This document shows, piece by piece, positions 9,653 to 21,282 of a DNA stretch of 64,000 nucleotides. The notes below the pieces were generated by a model. The model saw nothing but the letters and a program-made list of their open reading frames with translations, did not search any database and was not told where the DNA came from. Source of the stretch: an uncultured Planctomycetaceae bacterium. GTDB taxonomy: Bacteria; Planctomycetota; Planctomycetia; Planctomycetales; Planctomycetaceae. Position numbers and translations under genes: made by a program. The stretch is from the NCBI GenBank assembly GCA_963815195.1, contig CAWFGE010000013.1, positions 672,001 to 736,000 of the forward strand, given 5' to 3'. Every line of letters begins with the position of its first letter. Within the stretch, counting starts at the first letter, position 1.

Positions 9653-9704
9653 CCCAAGCCGACCGCTTGCGGTCGGAAGACCGACGCCAAGGCGTCGGCT
9701 TGGG
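9653..9704. repeat. 52-bp double-hairpin REP-like element, copy 1
   Basis: cccaagccgaccgcttgcggtcggaagaccgacgccaaggcgtcggcttggg. Confidence 0.9.
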
Positions 9705-9730
9705 CAGACGTTGGGGAACGAAACCCATAC

Positions 9731-10648
9731 ATGAAAGACACCGATCGGCAAACGCGGTCCCGGTTGATGGACCTGTTCGAAGAGCACGGTTTCCACCCCA
9801 ATACGCGCCTCGGGCAGAACTTTTTGATCGATCTGAACATCATCGATTTTATCGTCGATCAGGCTCGGCTGCAGCCGCACGATTTGATCTTGGAAATCGG
9901 CGCGGGCACGGGCGGGATGACGGCATTCCTCGCTCAAGCGGCCGGGCAAGTCATCGCCGTGGAGGTCGATGCCAATATGTATCGGCTCGCCTCAACCGTC
10001 ACGGCGGGTTATGACAACGTCACGCTCCTGAACTGCGACGCCCTCAAGAACAAAAACCATTTCGCGCCCGAGGTGCTCGAACAGATCGAACAGAAGCTGG
10101 CGCTCGAGGAGATTCGCGGGCTGAAGCTCATCAGCAATCTGCCCTATAGCATCGCGACGCCGGTCGTGTCGAATCTGGTCGCGACGGACCTGCCCTGGGA
10201 GCGGATGGTGGTGACAATTCAACTGGAACTCGGCCAGCGAATGTCCGCGAAGCCGGGCCGAAGCCATTACGGGTCGCTGACAGCCTGGCTGCAATCGCAG
10301 TGCCGGGTGAAGCTATTGAAGCGCTTGCCGCCTACGGTGTTCTGGCCGCGGCCCAAGGTGAACTCCGCCGTGGTGCAGTTGTTGCCCGATGAATACGGCC
10401 GGGCGGCAATTGCGGACCGGGCGTTCTTTCAGGATTTTCTAAGGCGGCTGTTCCATCAACGGCGGAAGTTTCTCAGAAGCGTTCTGGTCGGGATGTACCG
10501 CAAGCAACTGGATAAAGCAGAGATCGATCAAACCCTGGCCGAGATGAACTTCAAAGAGCAAGCCCGCGCCGAGGAAGAACCCCCGGAACGACTGGTCGAA
10601 CTCGCCAACCGCATCCATGCGAAGATTGAATCTTTGACAACCCAATAA
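9731..10648 (+). CDS. rsmA: 16S rRNA (adenine-N6,N6)-dimethyltransferase
   Basis: LGQNFLID, LEIGAGTG, VEVD, ISNLPYSI, FWPRPKVNSAVV, FHQRRK. Confidence 0.95.
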   Translation: MKDTDRQTRSRLMDLFEEHGFHPNTRLGQNFLIDLNIIDFIVDQARLQPHDLILEIGAGTGGMTAFLAQAAGQVIAVEVDANMYRLASTVTAGYDNVTLLNCDALKNKNHFAPEVLEQIEQKLALEEIRGLKLISNLPYSIATPVVSNLVATDLPWERMVVTIQLELGQRMSAKPGRSHYGSLTAWLQSQCRVKLLKRLPPTVFWPRPKVNSAVVQLLPDEYGRAAIADRAFFQDFLRRLFHQRRKFLRSVLVGMYRKQLDKAEIDQTLAEMNFKEQARAEEEPPERLVELANRIHAKIESLTTQ

Positions 10649-10653
10649 CTCCA

Positions 10654-10705
10654 CCCAAGCCGACCGCTTGCGGTCGGAGTTCCGACGCCAAGGCGTCGGC
10701 TTGGG
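10654..10705. repeat. 52-bp double-hairpin REP-like element, copy 2
   Basis: cccaagccgaccgcttgcggtcggagttccgacgccaaggcgtcggcttggg; differs from copy 1 only in the short linker. Confidence 0.9.
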
Positions 10706-10738
10706 TTTTTGAAATCCCCAATCACGCGAGAATCTCCC

Positions 10739-12225
<1,487 letters not shown>

Positions 12226-13348
12226 CCTCTGGCCGCTCGCGGTGGTTTTGATCGCACCGGGCTGCGGCACCGTGCCCGAGCGGTTGCCGATCCAGAATCA
12301 ATTCGCCGCCCCGCACCAACCCTATCCAAACCAAGAGCGCGCTTCGCGGTTCGCCGACATCAAGTCGGCCACGTTCTTCGCAGGGGTCCAAGCGGGGCTG
12401 ATCCCGCCGGCTCCCGTCCAACCCGCCCCGATCGCCCCGGCGATGGAACCGCCGGCGTCTTTGGTGTCCTGCCGGCCGAAGGGGGCCGACATCGAGCAAG
12501 TTCAAAACCGGGCCTATGAACCGGTCCCGGACCGGATGGGCGAAGACGATTACGTGGCCCATCCGCCCGCGGACGATCCCGCGAAGCTCAAACGGATCAC
12601 CGAGATCCAACCCTATGCGAGTTACGAACCGGATCCCGACGTCCGCGCGGAAAACCCGTGCGATAATCTGTGCCCGCGGCCGGACGGTCTGCCCTGCGAG
12701 CCGACCAATAAAGTCTGCCCGGAGGAAGTGGTGCTCAGCAACGAACCGTACCAGCCGCGAAACTTCGCGCAGACCGTGTTCGGCTGGGAAGCCTCGAACC
12801 TGTACCATAACCCGATTTATTTCCAGGATGTGCAGTTGGAACGCTACGGCCACACCTATCCCTGCTGGATTCAGCCGTTCGCCTCGGTGGGCAAATTCGG
12901 TCTGCAGTTCGCCGGGCTGCCTTATCAAATGGCGATCGATCCGCCCTGCAAGCGGATCTACCCGCTGGGCTATTACCGGCCGGGCGAATGTGCTCCGAAG
13001 TTGCACTATCAGATTCCCTGGAACACCAAAGCCGCCCTGACAGAAGCCGGCGTGGTCACTGGTTTGATCTACTTGTTCCCGTAAACCCGTGGTTTCCATC
13101 GACCAGACCGGATGAGGCGAAAAACTCCTCCGGTCTGGTTTTTCATTTCCCCGGCACGCGATGCGGCATTCCCGAAGACTCTCGGCACCCGGCCGAGCGG
13201 CAAAGTCGCCTTGACCGTTCCCGCCGGATCTGCAACAACTTCGCGTGTCCCCGGGGAGGTTTTCCTCTCATGGATTTTTGGGGACCGGCTTCTCCCGGCG
13301 GGAGAATTCGAGACAAGGAGCGTCGTAGGACGGGAATTGCCGACGGAC

Positions 13349-14698
13349 ATGAATACCAGCCGACCTCACCCGGATGAATCTCGCGCGGTCATCACCGGCC
13401 TCGGTTTGCTCAGCCCTTTGGGAATCGGCGCCGAGGCGTTCTGGCAAAAACTATCCGCGGGCGAAAGCGGCATCGGCCCGATCCGCTGGCTCAGCGATTC
13501 CGCCGCGCCGCAAAATATGGGCGGCGAGGTCTGGGATTACGACGAAAAAGCCGCCCGCAAAACTTATCTTCAGCCGCAAAAGAAAACCGTCCGGCTGATG
13601 TGCCGGGAAATCCAGCTTGGCGTGGCCTCCGCCAATCTCGCCGTCGAACATGCGAAGTTGGACCTCGACTCGCTCAAAAGAGACCGCTTCGGGGTGGAGT
13701 TCGGAGCGAACTTGATGCTCAGCCCGCCGGACGTGCTCAAGGACGGCTGCTGGAAATGTGTGGACGCCGACAATCCCGATCGCCCGTTCCATTTCGAGCA
13801 GTGGGGCTCGGCGGGCGAAAACGAGGAGCGGCCCAACGGGATGCAGCAACTGGAACCACTTTGGCTGCTCAAATATCTGCCCAACATGCCCGCGTGCCAC
13901 ATCAGCATCGGCCTCGACGCCCGCGGGCCCAGCAATTCGATGACCATGGACGATGCCTCCGGGAACCTGGCGCTCGCGGAGGCGATGCGGATTATCGGCC
14001 GGGGCCGGGCCGATGTGATGATCGCCGGCAGCACCGGGACGCGGCTGCATCCGGTCAAGAGCGTCCATGCCCGCCTCTGGGAACAAATGGCCGAGTCCGA
14101 CCGGCCCGCCGATGCCTGGTGCCGGCCCTTTGACCGGAACCGCAACGGCCAGGTCGTCGCCGAGGCCGCGTGTTCGTTCCTCGTGGAAAGCGAAGCCCAC
14201 GCCAAAAACCGCGGCGCGGCCATCCTGGCGGAAGTGCACGGGGCGGGGTCGTCGTGCGTCGCCGACGCCCAAGGCAAACCCGATCTCCGCAAAGCGCTCG
14301 CGCTCGCCATGCAAAGCGCCCTCGCCGATGCGGGGATGACCCCCAAAGACATCGGGCACATCAACGCTCACGGATTGGGCACGCAAGCCGGCGATGCCGC
14401 GGAAGCGGGGGCGATTTTGGACGTCTTCGGGGAAACGCATCCCAATATCCCCGTCACCGCGCTCAAAAGCTACTTCGGAAACTCCGGGTCCGGCAACGGA
14501 CTTTTGGAACTCGCCGGCTCCCTCCTCTCCTTGCGGGAAGGTCTCATTCCGCCCACGCGGAATTACGAAATCCCCGATCCCGACTGCCCGATCAATATCG
14601 TCGCAGGCGAGCCGATCCCCGCCGCCAACCGCGTGGTCCTAAACCTCAATGTCACCACCATCGGCCAGGCGAGCGCCGCGATTGTGGAAGCGGTTTGA
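13349..14698 (+). CDS. FabF-like beta-ketoacyl-ACP synthase homologue with non-canonical active site
   Basis: VITGLGLLSPLG, YLPNMPACHI, RPFDRNRNG, HINAHGLGT. The catalytic Cys position reads MDDASG, and the second His motif reads KSYFGNSG. Confidence 0.88.
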   Translation: MNTSRPHPDESRAVITGLGLLSPLGIGAEAFWQKLSAGESGIGPIRWLSDSAAPQNMGGEVWDYDEKAARKTYLQPQKKTVRLMCREIQLGVASANLAVEHAKLDLDSLKRDRFGVEFGANLMLSPPDVLKDGCWKCVDADNPDRPFHFEQWGSAGENEERPNGMQQLEPLWLLKYLPNMPACHISIGLDARGPSNSMTMDDASGNLALAEAMRIIGRGRADVMIAGSTGTRLHPVKSVHARLWEQMAESDRPADAWCRPFDRNRNGQVVAEAACSFLVESEAHAKNRGAAILAEVHGAGSSCVADAQGKPDLRKALALAMQSALADAGMTPKDIGHINAHGLGTQAGDAAEAGAILDVFGETHPNIPVTALKSYFGNSGSGNGLLELAGSLLSLREGLIPPTRNYEIPDPDCPINIVAGEPIPAANRVVLNLNVTTIGQASAAIVEAV

Positions 14699-14821
14699 TC
14701 GAGGCCGAGAATTCTTCGCCCGGGTAAACGGTCCGAACGTGATTTCCGGTGGACCCCGGTTTATCATGGTGTCGTTCTCGTGTTGATGGAACCGGTTCTC
14801 CATTCCGTATGAGGATTCCCG

Positions 14822-15337
14822 ATGCGCCGCGATGATTTCGATGACGACGATGAGGAATACGAAGACGACGATTTCGATTCGGAGTTTGAACGGCCCCGCC
14901 CGCCCGAACGGCCCCGGCGGTCCGGCGTCCCCCGCTGGCTCATCATCCTGGGCGCGGTGTTTGTCGTCCTGCCCGTGAGCTGCTGCGGTGGGATCTTGTG
15001 GTGGACGTCGACGTTCAAGGATTTCGAGCTCAGCAACGGCGAGCACCTGGGCGGCGCGGCGATGAACGTGAGATTCGATTACCACATCAAGATCAAAGAC
15101 ATCGTTCTCAAAGATGCCTATCTGATCGTCGCCGAAACCGCCGACGGCGTCACCCGGGACCGGCCGGTCCCCCGGAGTTTTCCGACGCGCGGGACCTGGT
15201 ATTTCAATGCACTCGACGTCGGCCCCGCCGAGCCGAAAAAGTCGCCCGTCAAGGTCTGGCTCGAAAAAGAAGACATGCGCGGCAATCGCAGCCGGGCCTC
15301 GAACGTGATCCGCATCGAACTCAAGACCGGCAAGTGA
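14822..15337 (+). CDS. Single-pass membrane hypothetical protein
   Basis: RBS gagga; acidic N-terminus, TM helix ending SCCGG, beta-rich C-terminal domain. Confidence 0.75.
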   Translation: MRRDDFDDDDEEYEDDDFDSEFERPRPPERPRRSGVPRWLIILGAVFVVLPVSCCGGILWWTSTFKDFELSNGEHLGGAAMNVRFDYHIKIKDIVLKDAYLIVAETADGVTRDRPVPRSFPTRGTWYFNALDVGPAEPKKSPVKVWLEKEDMRGNRSRASNVIRIELKTGK

Positions 15338-15408
15338 CAATTCCGCACCGGTTAGGTTAGCATAGAAGGAAACCATCTTTTCGAGCGTTCCTTCTTGGGA
15401 GAACACTC

Positions 15409-15573
15409 ATGTTCGGTTCGCGGCCAAAAGCCGGCCTGGGTCTGATGCTGTTGGGGGCCTGGCTGATTCTTCTCAATGCGCTACCCCTGTTCCACATTCG
15501 CTTTATGGGGAGCGAAACGGTCGTAGCCGCATTGGGGATTGCGGCGGGCGTGTGTTTGATCTTGGGGCGATAA
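15409..15573 (+). CDS. 54-aa two-helix membrane protein (below the ORF-track cutoff)
   Basis: RBS ggaga; MFGSRPKAGLGLMLLGAWLILLNALPLFHIRFMGSETVVAALGIAAGVCLILGR*; fills the gap between genes exactly. Confidence 0.8.
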   Translation: MFGSRPKAGLGLMLLGAWLILLNALPLFHIRFMGSETVVAALGIAAGVCLILGR

Positions 15574-15592
15574 TTTGCGGGGAAGTCATCCG

Positions 15593-17023
15593 ATGAGCCG
15601 GCGATTTTTATCTTCCAATTTGCTTCTCGTGATTGCGATGTCGCCGCTTTGGGTCTCGGTTTCACTGCGGGCGGAATCTGGGGCCGCGGAGAAGCCGAAT
15701 TTTATTGTGTTCCTCGTGGATGACATGGGTTGGATCGACCCGGCGTGTTATGGGAATCCGTTTCACGAAACGCCCAACATCGATCGGCTGGCCCGCGAAG
15801 GCGTGCGGTTTACCGATGCCTACGCCGCGGGTCCGGTGTGCTCTCCCACGCGGGCGAGTTTGCTCACCGGCAAAACGCCGGCCGCGGTCAATATCACGGA
15901 TTTCATTCCCGGCCATCCCTTTGCGTGGGCGAAGCTCAAGCCACCGGAAATCGCCGGGGCGCTGCCCTTGGAGGAAATCACCTTCGCCGAGGTCTTGAAA
16001 CAAGCGGGCTACACGTCGGGTTCTTTCGGGAAATGGCATTTGGGCGGGCGGGAAAATTATCCGGACCATCAAGGCTTCGACGAGTTCGTGGTGACGAGCG
16101 GCCGGCATTTCGCCCCCAACTTCCGCAGCACGCCGCCGCTCGACACCAAGCCCGGCGACTACCTGGCCGATGTGCTCACCGACCGGGCGGTGCGGTTTCT
16201 CAAAGACCACCGCAACGAGCCGTTCTGTTTGTACCTGCCGCATTACGCGGTGCACATCCCGCTCGAAGCAAAGCAGGAGTTGATCGAAAAATACCAGCGA
16301 AAACTGCCCAAGCCCAAAGACCGGGTGAACAACCCCATCTATGCCGCGATGGTGGAGCACACCGACCAGAGCGTGGGGCGGCTGGTGAAGACTCTGGAGG
16401 ATCTCGATCTCACCAAGCGGACCGTGTTTATCTTCGTCTCCGACAACGGCGGCCTGTATCAATCCGCGAGCCGGTCTGGTTCGCCGGTGATGACCAATGC
16501 TCCGCTCCGCGACGAGAAGGGCACTCTGTACGAAGGCGGCATTCGGGTTCCGCTGATCGTCCGCTGGCCGGGCGCCGTCAAAGCGGGCCGGGTTTGCGAT
16601 GTGCCTGTTTCCACGATCGACGTGCTGCCCACGCTCGCGGACCTGGCGGGCGTGAAGCTCGCCCATTCCGTGGAGGGCGTCAGCCTCGCGCCGTTGCTCA
16701 AAGAGTCGGGCGAGTTTTCGCGGGAGGCTTTGTATTGGCATTATCCGCATTATCATCATTCCACGCCGGGCGGTGCGGTCCGCGCGGGCGCTTACAAGCT
16801 GATCGAGTTTTTCGAAGACGGCCGGCTGGAGCTTTACAACCTCCGCGAAGATCTCAGCGAAACGAAGAACCTGGCCGAAGCTGATCCCGAAAAAGCCAAG
16901 TCCTTGCAGCAAAAACTGAACGCGTGGCGAAATTCGGTTCACGCGAAAATGCCCGCGGCCAATCCCGATTACGACCCGGCCAAGGCGGATCGGCTCAAAC
17001 CCCGTCGGCGGGCGAAGCGATGA
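15593..17023 (+). CDS. Sulfatase (formylglycine-dependent, S1 family)
   Basis: PNFIVFLVDDMG, CSPTRASLLTG, GKWHLG, SDNGG, KGTLYEGGIRVP; signal peptide. Confidence 0.93.
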   Translation: MSRRFLSSNLLLVIAMSPLWVSVSLRAESGAAEKPNFIVFLVDDMGWIDPACYGNPFHETPNIDRLAREGVRFTDAYAAGPVCSPTRASLLTGKTPAAVNITDFIPGHPFAWAKLKPPEIAGALPLEEITFAEVLKQAGYTSGSFGKWHLGGRENYPDHQGFDEFVVTSGRHFAPNFRSTPPLDTKPGDYLADVLTDRAVRFLKDHRNEPFCLYLPHYAVHIPLEAKQELIEKYQRKLPKPKDRVNNPIYAAMVEHTDQSVGRLVKTLEDLDLTKRTVFIFVSDNGGLYQSASRSGSPVMTNAPLRDEKGTLYEGGIRVPLIVRWPGAVKAGRVCDVPVSTIDVLPTLADLAGVKLAHSVEGVSLAPLLKESGEFSREALYWHYPHYHHSTPGGAVRAGAYKLIEFFEDGRLELYNLREDLSETKNLAEADPEKAKSLQQKLNAWRNSVHAKMPAANPDYDPAKADRLKPRRRAKR

Positions 17024-17796
17024 TCCTGTCGTGGTTCAAAAACCGCCGGCGAAAGAAGCTGGCCGCAGAGCCCTTCCCGGCGGATTGGGACGCAGCGATC
17101 CGCGAAAACGTCGCCCATGTGTCCTATCTGACCCCGGACGAATACGAGCGGCTGAAACGTTGGGTGCAGGTGTTTGTCGCGGAGAAGTATTGGGAAGGCT
17201 GCGACGGTTTGGAGATCACCGGCGAGATGAAAGCCGTCATCGCGGCGCTCGCGGGGTTTCTGGTGCGGAAATTTGCGGATCGCTATTACGACCGCTTGCA
17301 AACGATCTTGGTGTTCCCCCGCGTGGTTTGGAGAACCGAACATTTTCCGCGGGGCGGCATCGTGAACGAAGAACCCACCGGGCGGTTGGGCGAAGCCCTT
17401 TTGAGCGGCCCCGTCAGTCTGGTTTGGCCGCACGTTTTGGACGGAGCCCGCCAAGCCCGCGACGGCCAGAATGTCGTGTTCCACGAGTTCGCCCACGTCT
17501 TGGATTTGGAAGATCAGTTCCTCGACGGCACGCCGAATTTGGGCTCGGCCGATCTTTTCGATCGCTGGGAGCCGGCGGTGAAGCGGGAATATCAGGCCCT
17601 TGTCGATGCCGCCCAGCACGGCCGGTCCACCTTAATCGATCCCTACGGGGCCACGAACATCGCGGAGTTTTTCGCGGTGAGCACCGAATGTTTTTTCGAG
17701 CGGCCGAAACAGATGGCCCATCGCCACCCGGAATGGTATGCTTTGCTCCGCGAATTCTACCAGCAGGATCCCCAGACGTTTGCGGCGCGGCATTAG
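17020..17796 (+). CDS. MtfA-like zinc peptidase (M90 family)
   Basis: FVAEKYWEGCDGLEIT, NVVFHEFAHVLD, DPYGATNIAEFFAVSTECFFE; ATGA overlap with the sulfatase. Confidence 0.9.
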   Translation: MILSWFKNRRRKKLAAEPFPADWDAAIRENVAHVSYLTPDEYERLKRWVQVFVAEKYWEGCDGLEITGEMKAVIAALAGFLVRKFADRYYDRLQTILVFPRVVWRTEHFPRGGIVNEEPTGRLGEALLSGPVSLVWPHVLDGARQARDGQNVVFHEFAHVLDLEDQFLDGTPNLGSADLFDRWEPAVKREYQALVDAAQHGRSTLIDPYGATNIAEFFAVSTECFFERPKQMAHRHPEWYALLREFYQQDPQTFAARH

Positions 17797-17817
17797 CAAG
17801 AATTGTTGTTCATCGAA

Positions 17818-19624
17818 ATGGCGGAAATAACTTCATCGTCACCCAGACCCGTGTTGATCCTGGGAGCCGGCATCAACGGATGCGCGGCGGCGCGCGAGTT
17901 GGTGCTAAACGGCGTGCCCGTGTGCCTCGTCGAACGCAGCGACATCGCCTGGGGCGCGACCTCGCGGAGTTCGCGGCTGATTCACGGCGGCCTTAGGTAT
18001 TTGGAGCACGGCGAGTTTCGGCTCGTGCGGGAATCGCTGGCCGAGCGGTCCCGCCTCCGCCGGCTCGCGCCGCAGTTCGTGCGGCCGTTTCGTTTGCACA
18101 TTCCCGTCGCCCGGCGGACCGGCGGGCTGTTCCGCTCTGCGGAAAGATTTTTTTCCGGCGGACGGTGGGGCAAAACCGAGACATGCGCCGCGCGGGCTTT
18201 GGCTCGTGCGAGTGGGGCTTTGGTTTTATGACCGGTTTGTGAGCGATCCCGACTTTCCGGATTCGGACGTCGTGCCCAGCGGTGCTCCCGACGCCCCGGT
18301 CGTGGATGCCTCGCGGTACCGCTGGTTGTGCCGCTATACCGATGCCCAAATGATCTATCCCGAACGCTTCGTGCTCTCGATGCTGTCCGACGCCCAGGCC
18401 ATCGCCGCGGAGAAGGGGCTCGAGTTTGCGGTGTGGACGTATCACGAAGTCCGCCGGGACGCCGATCGCTGGAAGGTCATCGACCGCAACACGGGCGAGG
18501 CCGTCAAAGCGCTCGAACCGGCCCTCGTGATCAACGCCACCGGGGCCTGGGGCGATTTGACGTTGGACGAACTGTCGGTTCCCAGCCCCCCGCTCTTCGG
18601 CGGCACCAAGGGAAGCCATTTTGTGACGTACCAGAAAAAGCTTTGCGAAGCCGTGGGAGACCAGGGCGTCTACGCCGAGGCCGAGGACGGTCGGCTCGTG
18701 TTCGTCCTGCCGATGGCCGGCGGCGTGATGGTCGGCACCACCGATGAACCCTTCGCAGGAAATCCCGACGCGGCGATCGCCTCCGAACACGAGTTGGCCT
18801 ACCTCATCGAAATGGTCAACGAACTCTTTCCGCAGGTTTCGCTTGCGCGGGACGATTTGGAAATGCACTTCGCCGGGATCAGGCCGCTTCCCAAGCAAGA
18901 CGTCAACTCGACCAGTGCGATTTCCCGCGATCATTCCATCCAGATCAATGAGGAACAAGGGGTTCCCATTCTGACGCTTGTGGGAGGCAAACTCACGACG
19001 GCCCGCGCGTTCGGTGAAGCCATCGCCGATCTGGTTCTGCTCCGCCTCGACGTTCCCCGCACCGCCGGGACCCAGGACCGAGTGTTTCCCGGCGGTGAAG
19101 ATTATCCAACTCCGGAAAAACTCCAAGAAACGATCGAACAACTCGCCCAGCGCTTGGGGCGGCCCGCCGGGCACATCCGGGCGATGTGGGCGATCTGCGG
19201 CACGCGGACCGGCACGATTCTCGCCTCGATTTCCTCGCCCGATCAATCTCCGATCGCGGGCACGGACCTTCCGCGGGATTTTGTGCGGTGGGTCATCCAG
19301 AACGAATGGGTCAGCAGCCTAGGCGATTTGATCGAACGCCGATTGATGCTCATCTATCGGCACAAACTCCCCCGGGAATGCCTGGACGAACTGGCCGATT
19401 TGCTGATCGAAGCCGGGCGGATGGACCCGAGCGAGCGCGAAGCCAGAATCGAGGAGACCCGCGTTCGATTGAAAACCTATTATGGAAAAGAAGTCTTTCC
19501 TTCGGACGCCAGCCGCGCAAACAGACGACGCCGCGACGGATTATCAACGTTCCACTTCGAAGTGATTCTTTTAAGCAAGATGACTCGAGGAATACATGTT
19601 GCATCATTAGCCGCAGGGCGCTAG
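17818..19624 (+). CDS. glpD: FAD-dependent glycerol-3-phosphate dehydrogenase/oxidase (frameshift near 18185)
   Basis: ILGAGINGC, ATSRSSRLIHGGLRYLE; next frame VINATGAW, KGSH, VGTTD, AGIRPL, GGKLTT. Confidence 0.85.
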
Positions 19625-19725
19625 CCCCGGTGCTCCGAGACAACCGGACGCGAGCCCGTTGCGGCTGATCGGGCAGACGTTTTTCGAAATGAATGATCTT
19701 TAACACCCCTGGTCCGCACGAATTG

Positions 19726-20516
19726 ATGTCGAGGCAACCCCAGCCCGAAACCGAACTCTCGCCGCCGCTCCCGAAGCCGGGAAAAACAGTGGCCGTGATG
19801 CCGGCTTATAACGCCGCCGCGACTTGGAACGCACCGTGGCGGATATTCCGGCGGGCACTGTGGATGAAATCATCCTTGTGGACGACCGCAGCCGGGACGA
19901 CACCGTGGCGATCGCCAAGGGTTTGGGACTCACCGTCATCGAGCACGAGCAAAACCGCGGCTACGGCGGCAATCAGAAAACCTGCTACGAAGAGGCCTTG
20001 GGCCGCGGGGCGGATTACATTGTGATGATCCACCCCGATTATCAATACGACAGCCGGGTGATTCCCGTGGCGGTCGAGATTTTGCGGTTGGGGATTTGCG
20101 ACTGCGTGCTGGGGTCGCGGATCCGCACCCGGCGGGAAGCCCTGGACGGCGGAATGCCCCGCTACAAATACCTCGCCAATCGCCTGCTGACTTTTGTGGA
20201 AAACATCGCGCTCGGCCAAAACCTGGGCGACTTTCATAGCGGGTTTCGCGCCTATCGCCGGGAAGTCCTCGAGACGCTGCCTTGGCGGAGGAATTCGGAC
20301 GATTTCGTGTTCGACAGCCAATTCCTCGCGCAGCTTGTGCACTTCGGATTCAAAATCGGCGACATTCCCGTCCCGGTCCGCTACTTCGAGGAAGCCTCCA
20401 GCATCAATTTCCGCCGCAGCGTCCGCTATGGACTTGCGACTCTGGGTGTCCTTGGACGATTTTGGATGCATCGCCTCAAATTGTGGAAATCCCCCCTCTT
20501 TACGCCGCGGGAATGA
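19726..20516 (+). CDS. Family 2 glycosyltransferase, DPM1-like (frameshift near 19822)
   Basis: [11 protein letters not shown] / [41 protein letters not shown]. Confidence 0.88.
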
Positions 20517-20817
20517 TCGATCGCAGAATCAGGCTTCACAGGATCATGACTTTGTGAACCGTGATGCTGTGATGAGTGGTGCCCGCCGCGTCCCGGCGGG
20601 GGGTCGGAAAAATCCGCGTTCCGCTTGCGAATTCGTCGTGTTCCTGGTGGAATTGGAAAAATTTTGCGAAAGGCGTTGGATTTCGCCATTTTCCGTTCAT
20701 CCATCCGCGAAAAAAATCGTTACCACTTTCTGTGGGTTTGGGTTATCTTGGCGGGGACATTTTCTTCGTACCCGTCCAAACAAAGATTCTTCAATTTGCC
20801 GGAAAGTCAGAGAATCC

Positions 20818-21282
20818 ATGGATGCCTTGGGACGGCACTTGATGATTGAGCTTTGGGACTGCAACGCGTCCATCAACGGACCCGAAGCCGTGCGGGCGGC
20901 CATCGAGCGAGGCGTTCGCGAAATCGGGGCGACGCTGTTGAACTTGCACGTCCACGCCTTCAGTCCGCAGGGCGTGACCGGAGTGGCTTCGCTCGCCGAG
21001 TCCCATTTGGCCCTGCACAGTTGGCCGGAGCATGGCTACCTGGCGGCGGACGTGTTTACCTGCGGCGAGCATGTCGAACCGGAGGCGTTGGTGGAGGTTT
21101 TGAAAGCATGGTTTGAGCCGGGCGTTGTGGAAGTCAAAAAACTCGAGCGCGGCCGCCGACCTGCCCCTCACCCTAACCCTCTCCCCCGAGGGGAGAGGGG
21201 ACCAGAGGTTGCCCCTCACCCTAACCCTCTCTCCCGAGGGGAGAGAGGACCAGACGTTGTTGGAAAAAGGGCGAATTTGTGA
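20818..21282 (+). CDS. speD: S-adenosylmethionine decarboxylase proenzyme
   Basis: LGRHLMIELWDC, FSPQGVTG, LAESHLALHSWPEHGYLAADVFTCG (ESH pyruvoyl site). The C-terminus is extended by two repeat units. Confidence 0.93.
   Translation: MDALGRHLMIELWDCNASINGPEAVRAAIERGVREIGATLLNLHVHAFSPQGVTGVASLAESHLALHSWPEHGYLAADVFTCGEHVEPEALVEVLKAWFEPGVVEVKKLERGRRPAPHPNPLPRGERGPEVAPHPNPLSRGERGPDVVGKRANL
21162..21257. repeat. Two tandem 48-bp palindromic repeats inside the speD 3' end
   Basis: tgcccctcaccctaaccctctcccccgaggggagaggggaccagaggt followed by a near-identical copy; translated as PHPNPLPRGERGP twice. Confidence 0.9.

Noticed and set aside
21162..21257. Tandem repeats as a CRISPR array
   Set aside because: Only two adjacent units with no unique spacers and no cas genes; no CRISPR array was seen anywhere in the window.
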